This document shows positions 43,636 through 53,676 of a stretch of 64,000 nt of DNA, in pieces. Below the pieces are notes generated by a model. It saw only the letters and a program-made list of their open reading frames with translations. It was not told the origin of the DNA and made no database searches. Origin of the DNA: Fimbriimonadales bacterium (GTDB taxonomy: Bacteria > Armatimonadota > Fimbriimonadia > Fimbriimonadales > ATM1); the NCBI GenBank assembly GCA_041744215.1, contig JBGTLG010000030.1, positions 63,793 through 127,792 of the forward strand. Direction: 5' to 3'. Each line of letters opens with the position of its first letter. Positions within the stretch are counted from its first letter, which is position 1. The position numbers and the translations under genes were made by a program.

Positions 43636-44951
43636 GCATTGACCGCCTTTGCGACCGCTGCTACAAACTCATCAATCTCCGCTTTCGTTCTCACCTCAGT
43701 AACAGCTATCAGCAGAGCATTTGGCATCTCAGGGTAGTAATCCGACAGCGGTAATCCGGCTAAGAACCCGTCAGCCATTAGCATATCTCGGATTTTATGC
43801 GCGTCTTTGCCAACGTTTAGCGCGAACTCATAAGCGAACGGCTCGTCGAACACCAAACTCACTCCTGGAAGTTTGCAAAGTTCGCGCTTTGCATAATGTG
43901 CGTTTTGTACACAACGCTCTGCAACCTGGCGAAAGCCCGTCTTACCCAGTGCGCTCATCCATACGGTTGCGACAAGAGCCATTAGCGCCTGGTTTGTGCA
44001 AATGTTGCTTGTGGCCTTTTCGCGTCGAATATCTTGCTCGCGGGGGCGAAGCGTCATCACAAATCCTCGCCTTCCGTCCTTGTCTTGAGTCCGGCCGACG
44101 ATGCGACCGGGAATTGAACGAACGAGGCTTCGCTTGACGCAGAAAAATCCTACGAGCGGGCCTCCGTAACCCATAGGCACTCCTAGTGCCTGGGCCTCGC
44201 CAACCACGATGTCTGCGCCGAGGTCACCAGGCGGAACGAGGACACCGAGGGCGATAGGGTCTGCTGCGACGATTACGAGCGCTCCCTTTGCGTGCGCCTG
44301 CTCAATGACCGTTCGAAGGTCGGTGACCCTTCCAAAAAAGTCTGGGTACTGCACAGCTACGCAAGCGGTTTCGTCATCGATTACAGATGCGATATCCTCG
44401 ACTTCGACTACGCTGCAGCCGACAGGTCGAGAGAATGTCTGCACACACTCTCGGTAGTGAGGATGGATCGCTTTCGACACAACGAAGCGTGTGCGACCAG
44501 TTACACTGTTCGCCATAATGCACGCCTCGGCAAGCGCAGTCGCACCATCGTACATGGATGCATTTGCGACTTCCATTCCCGTGATCGCGCAGATCATCGA
44601 CTGGAATTCATAGATCGTCTGCAGGTACCCCTGGCTCGCTTCCGGCTGATATGGAGTGTATGCAGTTAGGAACTCGCCCCGGGTTACTAACTGCATGACG
44701 ATCGACGGCACGTAGTGCTCGTAGATCCCTGCGCCCAGAAAGCTGATGAGCGACCCGAGCGACACATTTTTGGAAGCGATTTGGCCCATCTCACGGACCA
44801 ATGCGTACTCGTCCAGAGCTTTCGGGATGTCCAGATCGCCTTCTACCCGCAAATCGCTTGGGATCTCGTGAAACAGGTCCTCAATTGTAGTGACCCCTAT
44901 CGTCTTCAACATCTCTCGACGATCGGCTTCTGTATGCGGAATGTATCCCAT
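43632..44951 (-). CDS. gcvPA: Glycine dehydrogenase (decarboxylating) subunit 1
   Basis: Begins MGYIPHTEADRREMLKTIGV and contains FLGAGIYEHYVP and TPYQPEASQG. Confidence 0.93.
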   Translation of the reverse strand: MGYIPHTEADRREMLKTIGVTTIEDLFHEIPSDLRVEGDLDIPKALDEYALVREMGQIASKNVSLGSLISFLGAGIYEHYVPSIVMQLVTRGEFLTAYTPYQPEASQGYLQTIYEFQSMICAITGMEVANASMYDGATALAEACIMANSVTGRTRFVVSKAIHPHYRECVQTFSRPVGCSVVEVEDIASVIDDETACVAVQYPDFFGRVTDLRTVIEQAHAKGALVIVAADPIALGVLVPPGDLGADIVVGEAQALGVPMGYGGPLVGFFCVKRSLVRSIPGRIVGRTQDKDGRRGFVMTLRPREQDIRREKATSNICTNQALMALVATVWMSALGKTGFRQVAERCVQNAHYAKRELCKLPGVSLVFDEPFAYEFALNVGKDAHKIRDMLMADGFLAGLPLSDYYPEMPNALLIAVTEVRTKAEIDEFVAAVAKAVNA

Positions 44952-44960
44952 AAGTCGGGG

Positions 44961-45335
44961 CTACTCCGACAGTAATGCGGTGTAGGCGTCCGCATTCATC
45001 AGGCCACTCGGATCGCCGTCCAGCTTGATTTTGACGATCCAGCCGGCACCGTAGGGATCCTGATTAATCAACTCACTGGTGCCTTCCAATTGTGGGTTAA
45101 TCTCCAGTATCTCCCCTTTGACGGGGCTGTATATATCCGAGACAGTCTTCACGGACTCGATGGTCCCGAAACTATCTCCGGGTGCGACGGCCCGGCCCGG
45201 TGACGGGAGGTCCACGTAAACGATGTCGCCCAACTCTGATTGGGCGTATTCGGTGATTCCGACTGTTGCGGTGTCGCCTTCGAGGCGCACCCATTCGTGC
45301 GACTTGGCGTAGTGTAGATCCGTGGGAACGTTCAA
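44961..45335 (-). CDS. gcvH: Glycine cleavage system H protein
   Basis: Contains YAKSHEWVRLEGDTATVGITEYAQ and the lipoyl-lysine motif ESVKTVSD. The start was refined to TTG 45335, 7 nt after CAGGAGAA. Confidence 0.9.
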   Translation of the reverse strand: MNVPTDLHYAKSHEWVRLEGDTATVGITEYAQSELGDIVYVDLPSPGRAVAPGDSFGTIESVKTVSDIYSPVKGEILEINPQLEGTSELINQDPYGAGWIVKIKLDGDPSGLMNADAYTALLSE

Positions 45336-45425
45336 GACAGAATTCTCCTGAGAAGAGCCTATCTTACACCACGGAACCGGGGGATTGGAGGTGCGATGTG
45401 GACCATTTCGCACACCGCCTGTCGA

Positions 45426-46328
45426 TTACCAGACGCCTACGTCGCGCCAGTCCTGGGGACGGTCTCTCCAATTCTCCTTGACTTTGACGTAGAGCCCCAA
45501 AAAGACCTGATTGCCCAGGAGCTTCTCGATATCCTTCCGTGCCTCCTGGCCAATCTGCCTGACCATTCGCCCATCGTGTCCGACCAGGATTGGCTTCTGA
45601 CTCTTGCGCTCAACAAAAATGGTTGCTTCTATCCGAGTCAGAGGCTTTTCGGTAGCGGGGTCTGCGTCCTCCCATGAGTCGATGTTTACGGCAATGCCAT
45701 GGGGCACTTCTTCTCTCGTATGTCGAAGCGCCTTCTCGCGGATGAGTTCTGCCGCCATGTCCCGCGTGCTTTGGTTTGTGTAGAAATCGGGATCAGGATA
45801 GAGTGGATCGCCTTCGGGCAGCTTGACAATCAGCATCACCAGCAGCTTATCGATGTTCTCTCCAGTTACCGCGTTCGTATACATCATCTCGGCAGGTTGG
45901 GTCAGCGCCTCATATGCCTCGTAATTGGCGACAACGTGTTCAGCTCGCAGTCGATCCATCTTGTTTAGTGCAACGACCACGCGATTCATGCCGCGCTGCC
46001 GTAACAGCTCCGCGATTCTCCGATCCTCGGTCGAAGGAGGATTGCTAACATCGACTACAAAGAGGACAACATCGCACTCATCCACGGTTTGGACGCCTTC
46101 GTCGACCATCTTTTTCGCCAGTTTTGTGTGGGGCTCGTGAATACCTGGAGTGTCACGAAAAACAATTTGAGCTCCGGGTTTGTTTGCGACTCCAAGAATT
46201 GACTTTCTCGTCGTTTGGGGCTTTGGCGAAGTGATCGCTACCTTTTCGCCGACGACAAAGTTCATTAGCGTGCTTTTGCCGGCGTTTGGGCGACCCACGA
46301 CCGCCACGGTGCCAGATCGGAAGGCCAT
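45426..46328 (-). CDS. era: GTPase Era
   Basis: Contains VAVVGRPNAGKSTLMN and DTPGIH, a KH domain tail, and the C-terminal WRD motif region. Confidence 0.93.
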   Translation of the reverse strand: MAFRSGTVAVVGRPNAGKSTLMNFVVGEKVAITSPKPQTTRKSILGVANKPGAQIVFRDTPGIHEPHTKLAKKMVDEGVQTVDECDVVLFVVDVSNPPSTEDRRIAELLRQRGMNRVVVALNKMDRLRAEHVVANYEAYEALTQPAEMMYTNAVTGENIDKLLVMLIVKLPEGDPLYPDPDFYTNQSTRDMAAELIREKALRHTREEVPHGIAVNIDSWEDADPATEKPLTRIEATIFVERKSQKPILVGHDGRMVRQIGQEARKDIEKLLGNQVFLGLYVKVKENWRDRPQDWRDVGVW

Positions 46329-46331
46329 GGC

Positions 46332-49300
46332 CTATTCCTTCGCCCTAAACCTAACGCCTATCTTGCCGGGCGACTCCGCATCCTCAGATTTGGGCCTTTC
46401 CCTCGTCTTCGTGGGGCCAGTCTTCGAAGGTGCACGTGACCGGGGCTGGGGCTTGGGTTTAGGTTTAGGTTTCTGTTCGCTTCTTGTTCTTAACTGCCCG
46501 CGCGGCTTCGGTGCATCAACGGTGTCTTCCTCGTGCGTATCCTCCTCTTCCAAGGGCTGGTCGCCGAACATCACCATTAGTTCATCTGCGTCGCTCAATC
46601 CAACCAACGACACCTCGTGGTGGAAGGCGTCGTCGTCGAGCGTATCTGGTTCTTGATCTGGGATAGTCTCAAGTGTGAGCAAGGCATCGGAACTGAGATC
46701 CGCGAGACGATTGACTTCCTCTTCTTCGCCCACCAGAAGGACCTGAGTTGCCCCATCCGTTGCCTGGCTTCGGAAGTGGGTTGCGTCTGCGCTGACTATC
46801 TGGTTGCTGACGATATCGTACGCATGCAATCGATCTGGCAATGTCGCTGTTCTGTGACCCGAGCCCGAAAAGTGAATGCTGAGATGGGGTTTTCGCACAT
46901 GCACAACGTCACCGTGGTAGTTCCATATCTGGACACCTGCCATTTGACAGAGACCTCGAATGATCTTTTCGTTCACGAGCGGCTCACCCAAAAACACGCT
47001 TCGCCAGGTTTGTGATTGATCTTCATCCGAGGTTATCTCTCGCACCACTAAGCTCGGCAGACCCGTCTGTGTATATTCTCCGAGCACAACGCATCCTTCT
47101 TCTGGTATTGCAAAGAAGCTGGGCTCAAGCTGATCAACGACGCTGAGAGCGCGTTCTTCGAGTAGTTCAGTAAGCGGGTGCTTTCTGTTAAGAATTGTGG
47201 TGCCCGCTCTGCTGCTAAACGGTTGCGGACGTATCGCGATCCCAGTGATCTCGCGCACACGTTCGAGCGCTGGTCGGCCCGACTCAAACTGCCCGGCCGA
47301 GTAGACCCAAAAGAGCGTCTTTCCGTCACGCTGCAGCCGATTCTTGATGGCCGCGCGGACTTCAGGACGTGTATCCCAGGCGTTTAGGAAGATGTAGATC
47401 TTTGCCTCTGGGAACCGAAGCCGATGGGCCAAGTCGCTAAGGAGGTAGAAACCAGCGCTAACCCCTGCCCTCAAGACGGCTTCACGTGAGTCTTGTATGA
47501 GCTGCTTGAAGGCTCTTTGGTCGCTCAGGTAGGCGATACTGCGCTCATCGATGAGGACCGCTACGTCAGGATCGGAAGCAGGCGCAGCCGTCGCTTTTAT
47601 CAAAGCATCCCTCACTCGCCGTGCTCGCTGCCAAATCGCAGGTGTGTTTAGCCAACCGTTCCCCCATAGATCCATCCACGCGATGCCGGTCCCGTGTGCC
47701 ACTGCACTACCGAGTCCGCGCCAGTGGGCAGCTTCGAGCGCTTGCGGAGTTGCCATTGCAGGATTGAAGTCATCCGGTTCTGCGCCTTCACTAATCGGTG
47801 TCTTGAAGTCTTCTTCGCTTATGAACAGTTTCCCGTTTAGCGCAAAGCTGTCGATCGGTCCGGGAAAGGAAGCCGCGCCACCCATCTGTCTGTCGCGATA
47901 AGACGGCGGACCGCAGATGATATCAATCTCACGCGTTCGAAGCAACTTACCGAGACTGAGGTGTCCGCTTGCAGGGTGTGACCACTCGAAGGTGTACCCG
48001 TAGCTCACTGCAACGAGGAGCCGTCCTTCCGATGCTCGCTTCACTTCGTGCGCAAGGTTTTGGATGCGTGCAACGTGCGCGTCGCTGAGAAACAGATGGT
48101 AGTCCACCCATCTGCGTTCTTTCCTGCTTTCTCTGAGGAAGCTCTCGCCGGATATCGGTACTGTCCCAAACTCGGGAATCTTCAGAGTGTCAAACCGCGC
48201 GCGCCCATCGAACCATGCGGCCTGAAGTGCAACAGTGTCGTTGCCGTATCTCCATCGCGCCCACAAGCGAAACGCATCTTCTGCTGATCTGCTCGTGTCG
48301 TATCCCCAACCATCGGCGAAGAACCACTCACCACGATCCAAGTGTATCCCGAGAATCCTGGCACCGTTCTCGAGTGATAACAAGCCGCGGGCAAAAGCTC
48401 CGAGAAGTCGCTTTGCTTCACCCCAAAAGCTCTCATCCGAGACGCTCGGCTCTGCAAGTGTTCCATCTTGAAAGCGAAATGCGGCGGATGGGAACCGCTT
48501 GTCCCAACCCGGCGCGCCGGCGAACACAACCCGGAACATCACTCTAGCCGCCGGATCGATCTCAACTACCCTGTTAAGAAGATACGTTGCTATGTCGAAT
48601 GCATCTTGCACAAGATCGTTGTCGACCGGAAACTCAATCATCAAGCTGTGCACATGCACACCAGCATCTGCCGCTCTTGCAACTTCGGACAACACAATTT
48701 CGGCTCTGCGCTCATCACTTGGGTTGCCGAAGAATATGAACGGTGGTATGACTTCGTGCCCGATCACGATCGTCGGTCTGCCACCTATACGCGCGACTCG
48801 AGGTGCATCGACAGGTGTCGGAATCGGCGGATACTCTGGCGAAAACGGCTTCGGTTTCGGCTTAGTGGAGGGTAGCGGTTCTCTCTCTGCCGGCGCCCGC
48901 TTCGGCCGGACTGTCGCCTCTTTCCGACCTGCATTGTCGGAGCGTGACGTCCGCTTGCTCGTGACCGCCTTCTGCGGCCCTCGGGAACGTGTTTTCTCTA
49001 CAGGCGGAGGCTGTTCGCCCTTAGCACGGAAACGAACTTTCAAGCCGATGCTTGCGGGCGCAGGGTCAGTCTGCTCGATCGGGGCGATTTTCTCAGCCTC
49101 AGGCTTCTTCCTGGTGCGCGTCTTTAATGTAGGCTGCGCACCCGATTCGCTTATCGGCGGTGCCTCGGGTGCCGTCTTTCTCGCGCTGACGCGTCGAGCG
49201 GTCTTCGGCTTTTGTTCGTCGGCATCCTTGTTACGGGCACTCTCGGAAGTAGTCTTTGGTTTCGTCGTTCGAGTGCGCTTCGCTTTTGTCGCATCATCGT

Positions 49301-49361
49301 TTGACTGAGGCGCCGCCACTTCTTCAGTCAAAGCGTCCTCGTCATTTTTCTTTCTGGGCAT
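46332..49361 (-). CDS. Large hypothetical protein with a GH42-like (TIM-barrel plus trimerisation-like) core flanked by Lys/Arg/Pro-rich disordered tails
   Basis: The roughly 185-aa N-terminal and 90-aa C-terminal segments are low-complexity and basic. A core segment, KIYIFLNAWDTRPEVRAAIKNRLQRDGKTLFWVYSAGQF, resembles the GH42 trimerisation domain. The stop lies 3 nt before the era start. The fold call is weak. Confidence 0.5.
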   Translation of the reverse strand: MPRKKNDEDALTEEVAAPQSNDDATKAKRTRTTKPKTTSESARNKDADEQKPKTARRVSARKTAPEAPPISESGAQPTLKTRTRKKPEAEKIAPIEQTDPAPASIGLKVRFRAKGEQPPPVEKTRSRGPQKAVTSKRTSRSDNAGRKEATVRPKRAPAEREPLPSTKPKPKPFSPEYPPIPTPVDAPRVARIGGRPTIVIGHEVIPPFIFFGNPSDERRAEIVLSEVARAADAGVHVHSLMIEFPVDNDLVQDAFDIATYLLNRVVEIDPAARVMFRVVFAGAPGWDKRFPSAAFRFQDGTLAEPSVSDESFWGEAKRLLGAFARGLLSLENGARILGIHLDRGEWFFADGWGYDTSRSAEDAFRLWARWRYGNDTVALQAAWFDGRARFDTLKIPEFGTVPISGESFLRESRKERRWVDYHLFLSDAHVARIQNLAHEVKRASEGRLLVAVSYGYTFEWSHPASGHLSLGKLLRTREIDIICGPPSYRDRQMGGAASFPGPIDSFALNGKLFISEEDFKTPISEGAEPDDFNPAMATPQALEAAHWRGLGSAVAHGTGIAWMDLWGNGWLNTPAIWQRARRVRDALIKATAAPASDPDVAVLIDERSIAYLSDQRAFKQLIQDSREAVLRAGVSAGFYLLSDLAHRLRFPEAKIYIFLNAWDTRPEVRAAIKNRLQRDGKTLFWVYSAGQFESGRPALERVREITGIAIRPQPFSSRAGTTILNRKHPLTELLEERALSVVDQLEPSFFAIPEEGCVVLGEYTQTGLPSLVVREITSDEDQSQTWRSVFLGEPLVNEKIIRGLCQMAGVQIWNYHGDVVHVRKPHLSIHFSGSGHRTATLPDRLHAYDIVSNQIVSADATHFRSQATDGATQVLLVGEEEEVNRLADLSSDALLTLETIPDQEPDTLDDDAFHHEVSLVGLSDADELMVMFGDQPLEEEDTHEEDTVDAPKPRGQLRTRSEQKPKPKPKPQPRSRAPSKTGPTKTRERPKSEDAESPGKIGVRFRAKE

Positions 49362-49455
49362 GATGTTGTCTTAAAAAATCGTTTGTTCGTGCAGGGCCCC
49401 CTGTCGTGGAAGAAACGACCTGCGGGACCGCTTCGAAGTCCCTTGATTCTACCCT

Positions 49456-51741
49456 TTAGTAGCTCGGACCCGTGCCTCCACCTACTGGTTGTCCGAGCCT
49501 ACCTGTACCAAACGCGGAATCAAATGGAAGTCCCTTGATCCTTATGAAGAAGGCGATCTGTCGCCCGGGACTGAAGCCAGTATTGTCCTCCAAAATTTGA
49601 AGGATAGCCTCCGTGCAGTGCATATCGTAGGCGAACGAGAACTGCCTCGAATCAAACTGCCGTGTGAAGCCATTCCACTGAAGTAGCACGGATGCGCTGA
49701 GCCTGCCCCATCGAAGCGCGTCGGCAAACAGATTCACACTCCCCCACCGCCCGCTGCCTGCGTCATAGTTTGCCGATGCCGCAAACGTAAAGTCGCCTTG
49801 CCGGTACATTGTATCAAGCCTAACTGATCCCCACCGCTGAGCGAAGGCATTGTAGTTCGCAAGCGCGCGAAAACGGAATCTGTCCGTCGGTTCATATTCC
49901 AAGCGGATCGCGGGTGACTGCCACGCAATCTGGCCCTCTCTTTCTCGGTTGATATCGTAGCCCGTCTGCCCTCCGATCTTCAAACCTTGTGCCGGATGCG
50001 CAAGCGCATCGAAGCTAACGACATTTGACCTGCCACCTCGATCGAAGAACAGTGGAGTAAATCCGTGTTGTCGCGTATAGTTGTACCGGAGGTTGATCGA
50101 GAATGCTCGCTCATGCTGGTAGGTCGTGCGAATGTTCGCGCTTGGTGTGAACTGCGCTGTATTGTCGCCATATAACCCTTGCTTGAGTCCAGCGTCGTAT
50201 TCTACGCCGAACCCATTGATGGGAACGCCTGTTTTTGTCGTCCTGAGGTCAAAGAACAAACGGGCGACCTGTAGACTTTGCGCATTGTCAATGAAGTTCC
50301 CTACCGATAGAAGTGCGGAGAAATTTGGGAAGTTTGCCTGTGGTCCGAGTAGCCGGGTCTTGTCGGTGCGAAAGGACAGCTCGGGAGCACGATCGATCCC
50401 TCCCAAAAAGCTCAGGTTTGTTCCGATCGGTATCGCACGGTTGAAGTCGAGTTGTGCGGAAAACCTTGGCATCGCGAGTGAGTCTTGGAAGCGCACATCT
50501 AACACTTTTCGCGTTGAGATTGTTGTTCCGCCAACGGATGCCCGCACCTCGGATAGGTTTAGATTGAGGCTCGTCGTGTGACGCGAATCCCAGCGTCGAT
50601 AGTCGGAAAGGGAGAAGTTAGATTGGGTACTTCTGAAATCACCAGTTTCGTTTATCAAGTGGTTGAGGCCCAGACGCGAGGTGCCGTTTGTTCCCAGGAA
50701 GTTCGGGAGAAAGGCCAACCGAATATCAGTTAGCTTCGACGTCGGTCCACCGAAGAATCGAAAACTGCGGGATTCCACATTGCCATCAAACTCGCCGAAT
50801 GAGAAGCGTTGGCGGTGCTTTGCGCTCGCACTGTATCGAATCGTGTTGAAGCCATCCTCAAATCCTGCAATCGCTCGCACCTCCCCCTTGGACTCTGGCG
50901 TCGCATATAGATAATCGCCCCCGAGTGCGACTCCTTTCTTGGTCGTCAAGTCCGTCCGAAAGATGAATAGGTTCTGCCTTATTGCGAGGGGAAACTTGAA
51001 TCGAAGGTAATAGCCGTCATCTATAGACTGTCCAACTTCTGGCAGATACTCTCTGGTACTGCGGTCCAGAGGGATGTCTAATCTCGGCAGACCAAAAACC
51101 GTCCGCCCGAGAACTCTCAGCCTCATATTCTTGAAAGTCAATCTGCGATCAGGAATGACGATCAACTCTTGAGTCTCAATCTCGTAGTGCGGGCGATCGT
51201 AACTGCAGGTCGTAGCAGCGGCGATTCGCGCCTCCAAAAGCCCTTCACGTCCAGTCGCAGATTCCGCTCGGAGATAAATGTCGGTCGTGATGAAGCCTTC
51301 CAGTCTTTGTGGCTTCACGTCTGCGGTTCCAGATTGCAACTTGAAGGTTCGATTCTGAAAGTCAATCTCCATGTATTCAGCTTTGACAGTTTCCGATTGT
51401 CCAACAACATCGACCTCACCGCGCAGTTGAAAGACATTGGTTTCCAAGTCTCCATGAACTTCTTTCGCGCGCACGTCATAGCCTCGATACTCGAAGTGCG
51501 CCTCTGTCGCGACGATCTTGCCCTCAGCCAGTCGGTACTCTCGAAACGACTTAATCCTCAGAGTGTAAGAAGATGCGTCTGAGGGCGGAGGCAGCCTCTG
51601 GTCTCTTGCCGAAGGATCCGTGCTCAATGTCGGCTGATTGCCGCGTTGCTGTTCAACCGGGCTAGTAGTCGGGGGCTCCTGACCAGCCGCGGCCATCGAC
51701 ACCGACGCGACGACGAAAGCCGAGACTATTCGGAGCGCCAT
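49456..51741 (-). CDS. lptD: LPS-assembly outer-membrane protein LptD-like
   Basis: It has a signal peptide and an OstA-like N-domain. It contains AATTCSYDRPHYEIETQELIVIPDRRLTFKNMRLRVLGRTVFGLPRLDIPL (compare the LptD TTC..P.W..i pattern), a long beta-barrel, and lies downstream of lptF/G. Confidence 0.72.
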   Translation of the reverse strand: MALRIVSAFVVASVSMAAAGQEPPTTSPVEQQRGNQPTLSTDPSARDQRLPPPSDASSYTLRIKSFREYRLAEGKIVATEAHFEYRGYDVRAKEVHGDLETNVFQLRGEVDVVGQSETVKAEYMEIDFQNRTFKLQSGTADVKPQRLEGFITTDIYLRAESATGREGLLEARIAAATTCSYDRPHYEIETQELIVIPDRRLTFKNMRLRVLGRTVFGLPRLDIPLDRSTREYLPEVGQSIDDGYYLRFKFPLAIRQNLFIFRTDLTTKKGVALGGDYLYATPESKGEVRAIAGFEDGFNTIRYSASAKHRQRFSFGEFDGNVESRSFRFFGGPTSKLTDIRLAFLPNFLGTNGTSRLGLNHLINETGDFRSTQSNFSLSDYRRWDSRHTTSLNLNLSEVRASVGGTTISTRKVLDVRFQDSLAMPRFSAQLDFNRAIPIGTNLSFLGGIDRAPELSFRTDKTRLLGPQANFPNFSALLSVGNFIDNAQSLQVARLFFDLRTTKTGVPINGFGVEYDAGLKQGLYGDNTAQFTPSANIRTTYQHERAFSINLRYNYTRQHGFTPLFFDRGGRSNVVSFDALAHPAQGLKIGGQTGYDINREREGQIAWQSPAIRLEYEPTDRFRFRALANYNAFAQRWGSVRLDTMYRQGDFTFAASANYDAGSGRWGSVNLFADALRWGRLSASVLLQWNGFTRQFDSRQFSFAYDMHCTEAILQILEDNTGFSPGRQIAFFIRIKGLPFDSAFGTGRLGQPVGGGTGPSY

Positions 51742-52817
51742 ATCGCCACCAGAGCTGCGAGCAAGAACAAGACGTTAGGCGCCCAAGCTCCGACCGCGAC
51801 GGGCAAAAGCGCATGATTCCGAGCCAGCACTTGCGCAAGCAGAACCCAAAGATTGTAATAAATGACGACAGCAATCACGCTGACCAGGACTCCGACGAAA
51901 GCGCCGCCACGGGCGAATCGAATGGCAAACACAGGGCCGAACAAAGCAAACACTAGACAGGAAAACGGTATCGCATATCTGCTTTGGAGTTCCAACTCGT
52001 ACTCTCTCGCTTGATCGAAGATCCCTCGCGATTTTAGTTCGGTCACCGTACGGCTCAACTCACCTGCTGTCTGCTCATCTGGGAGTGGTGTACCAAAGAA
52101 GGCGTCGATGGCAATTCGTTGGCTGATGATGTGCCGATCACGAACCTCAAACTGGATGAGCCTCGTTCCTTCGAATTGATACACGACCGGCCGCTGCAAA
52201 GTGAGTAGTCCATCACCGTAGACTCCATCGTCAGCCATCATGAACCAGTATTCGCCGCGCTTGGGGTGATGAAAGAGAAAGACGTTGCTCAGCATCACCT
52301 TGCCACTCTCACCTTTTTGTATCGCGCCGATCGACACGTGGTAGCGACCATCGTCAAACTTCAGGATGACGTTTGATCGCACACCGATCGCTTCAGCACT
52401 CATCATGATCTTTCGAAATGTATCTTTGAACCGCGCCTCCGTTATTGGCATAACGCGCTCAACAAGATAGAAGTTGAGACCTGCTGCCAGCAAGCCCAAG
52501 AAGACTACTGGAACCAGCACACGTCTGATCGCGATTCCCGCAGCTCGCATAGCAGTGAGCTCGCTTTCCCGGGTCAGCCTCGTAAGCGCCAACGAGGTGG
52601 CGATCGTCGTGCCAACCGGGAGCGTCAGCTTGAGTGTGCTCGGAATGCTAAAGACCAGCAGTTGGCCAACCGCCGACCACGGGACGTCTTTTGAGAACAG
52701 TTGCTCTGAGTAGGTGATCAGCGTGTTCGCGAGGAACATCAGCACGACCGCGCCCGTGCCGATGATGAACGGCACCAGCAATTCTTTGAAGACATAGCGG
52801 TCGAGGATTCGAATCAA
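51726..52817 (-). CDS. LptF/LptG-family LPS export permease
   Basis: The YjgP/YjgQ N-terminus is IRILDRYVFKELLVPFIIG, with six TM segments. The TTG start at 52817 overlaps the upstream TGA stop (TTGA). Confidence 0.8.
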   Translation of the reverse strand: MIRILDRYVFKELLVPFIIGTGAVVLMFLANTLITYSEQLFSKDVPWSAVGQLLVFSIPSTLKLTLPVGTTIATSLALTRLTRESELTAMRAAGIAIRRVLVPVVFLGLLAAGLNFYLVERVMPITEARFKDTFRKIMMSAEAIGVRSNVILKFDDGRYHVSIGAIQKGESGKVMLSNVFLFHHPKRGEYWFMMADDGVYGDGLLTLQRPVVYQFEGTRLIQFEVRDRHIISQRIAIDAFFGTPLPDEQTAGELSRTVTELKSRGIFDQAREYELELQSRYAIPFSCLVFALFGPVFAIRFARGGAFVGVLVSVIAVVIYYNLWVLLAQVLARNHALLPVAVGAWAPNVLFLLAALVAIWRSE

Positions 52818-53596
52818 TAGGCAGGGCTTCGGAGTATACGGTATAGCACCAACCCAGAAAGGGTCAACAGCCCGAGAATCGCGGGGACGGCGTAGGCAGC
52901 CGCCAGCGAGAAGGCCAGCGCCGGGGCTACCACCAGGCTTGCCACCGCAACCAGCCAAAGCCAGAAGACCTTCAAGGGCGTGCCTTTTAGCACTTGGCCG
53001 CCACCAGCCAAGTTGATGAGGAGGGCAACTTTACAGTGCTGACAGTATCTCTCGCTCGGCTTGTTAGTAGCGTTGCACTTTGGGCATCGAACATCTCTCT
53101 GCGAGACGGTTTTGCCATGGAGTGCCCGCCAACTCTCCAGGGTACGGCGCTCGTCCTCGAGCAGGTTTGGGGCGACGCCAACCGCTTCGTCCATCAATGC
53201 GACTGCAGACCCCACCATGCCACGTTTGTAGCACATTCTTGCAAGTTGGACTTTTGCGCCAACGTTTGTATTCTTGGTATCGAGTTGCCTGTACGCTGAC
53301 CGCATGATGTCAAGGTCAATCATTAGGTGCGCTCGTCGATTTAGCTGGCCCCTAACGAGCGGATACATGCCTCCTGCTACCAAAAGTGAAAAGCACGCTG
53401 CCATCGCAATTGCGACGTGGGAGGTTGTTACTGCGAGCACGCACAGTCCGAAAACGAGCCCGATGGAAAAGAACCCCTCTACGTTTCCAATCTCGTCAGA
53501 AATCATCCAGCCAATGATCGAAACGACCCATGCGGCAGCTGGGATCATTGAGACGATCGCAAAAGGAAGTACGGGATTCTCAAGAACGCTTTCCAT
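52814..53596 (-). CDS. Hypothetical membrane protein with cytoplasmic TPR-like segment and zinc ribbon
   Basis: It has N- and C-terminal TM helices and the central motif CPKCNATNKPSERYCQHC. Confidence 0.5.
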   Translation of the reverse strand: MESVLENPVLPFAIVSMIPAAAWVVSIIGWMISDEIGNVEGFFSIGLVFGLCVLAVTTSHVAIAMAACFSLLVAGGMYPLVRGQLNRRAHLMIDLDIMRSAYRQLDTKNTNVGAKVQLARMCYKRGMVGSAVALMDEAVGVAPNLLEDERRTLESWRALHGKTVSQRDVRCPKCNATNKPSERYCQHCKVALLINLAGGGQVLKGTPLKVFWLWLVAVASLVVAPALAFSLAAAYAVPAILGLLTLSGLVLYRILRSPAY

Positions 53597-53676
53597 GCTC
53601 AGTCGTTAAACGCGCGACCGCGCCAAACGTCGGACGGAGTCGCGTACACCGTAGGTTCCCAGACGGTTTGGAAATT

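Noticed and set aside
45336-45425. A possible glycine riboswitch upstream of gcvH.
   Set aside because: The gap is only 90 nt and lacks the conserved glycine aptamer cores as far as I can recall them. It contains one short hairpin (GTGCGA..TCGCAC) only.
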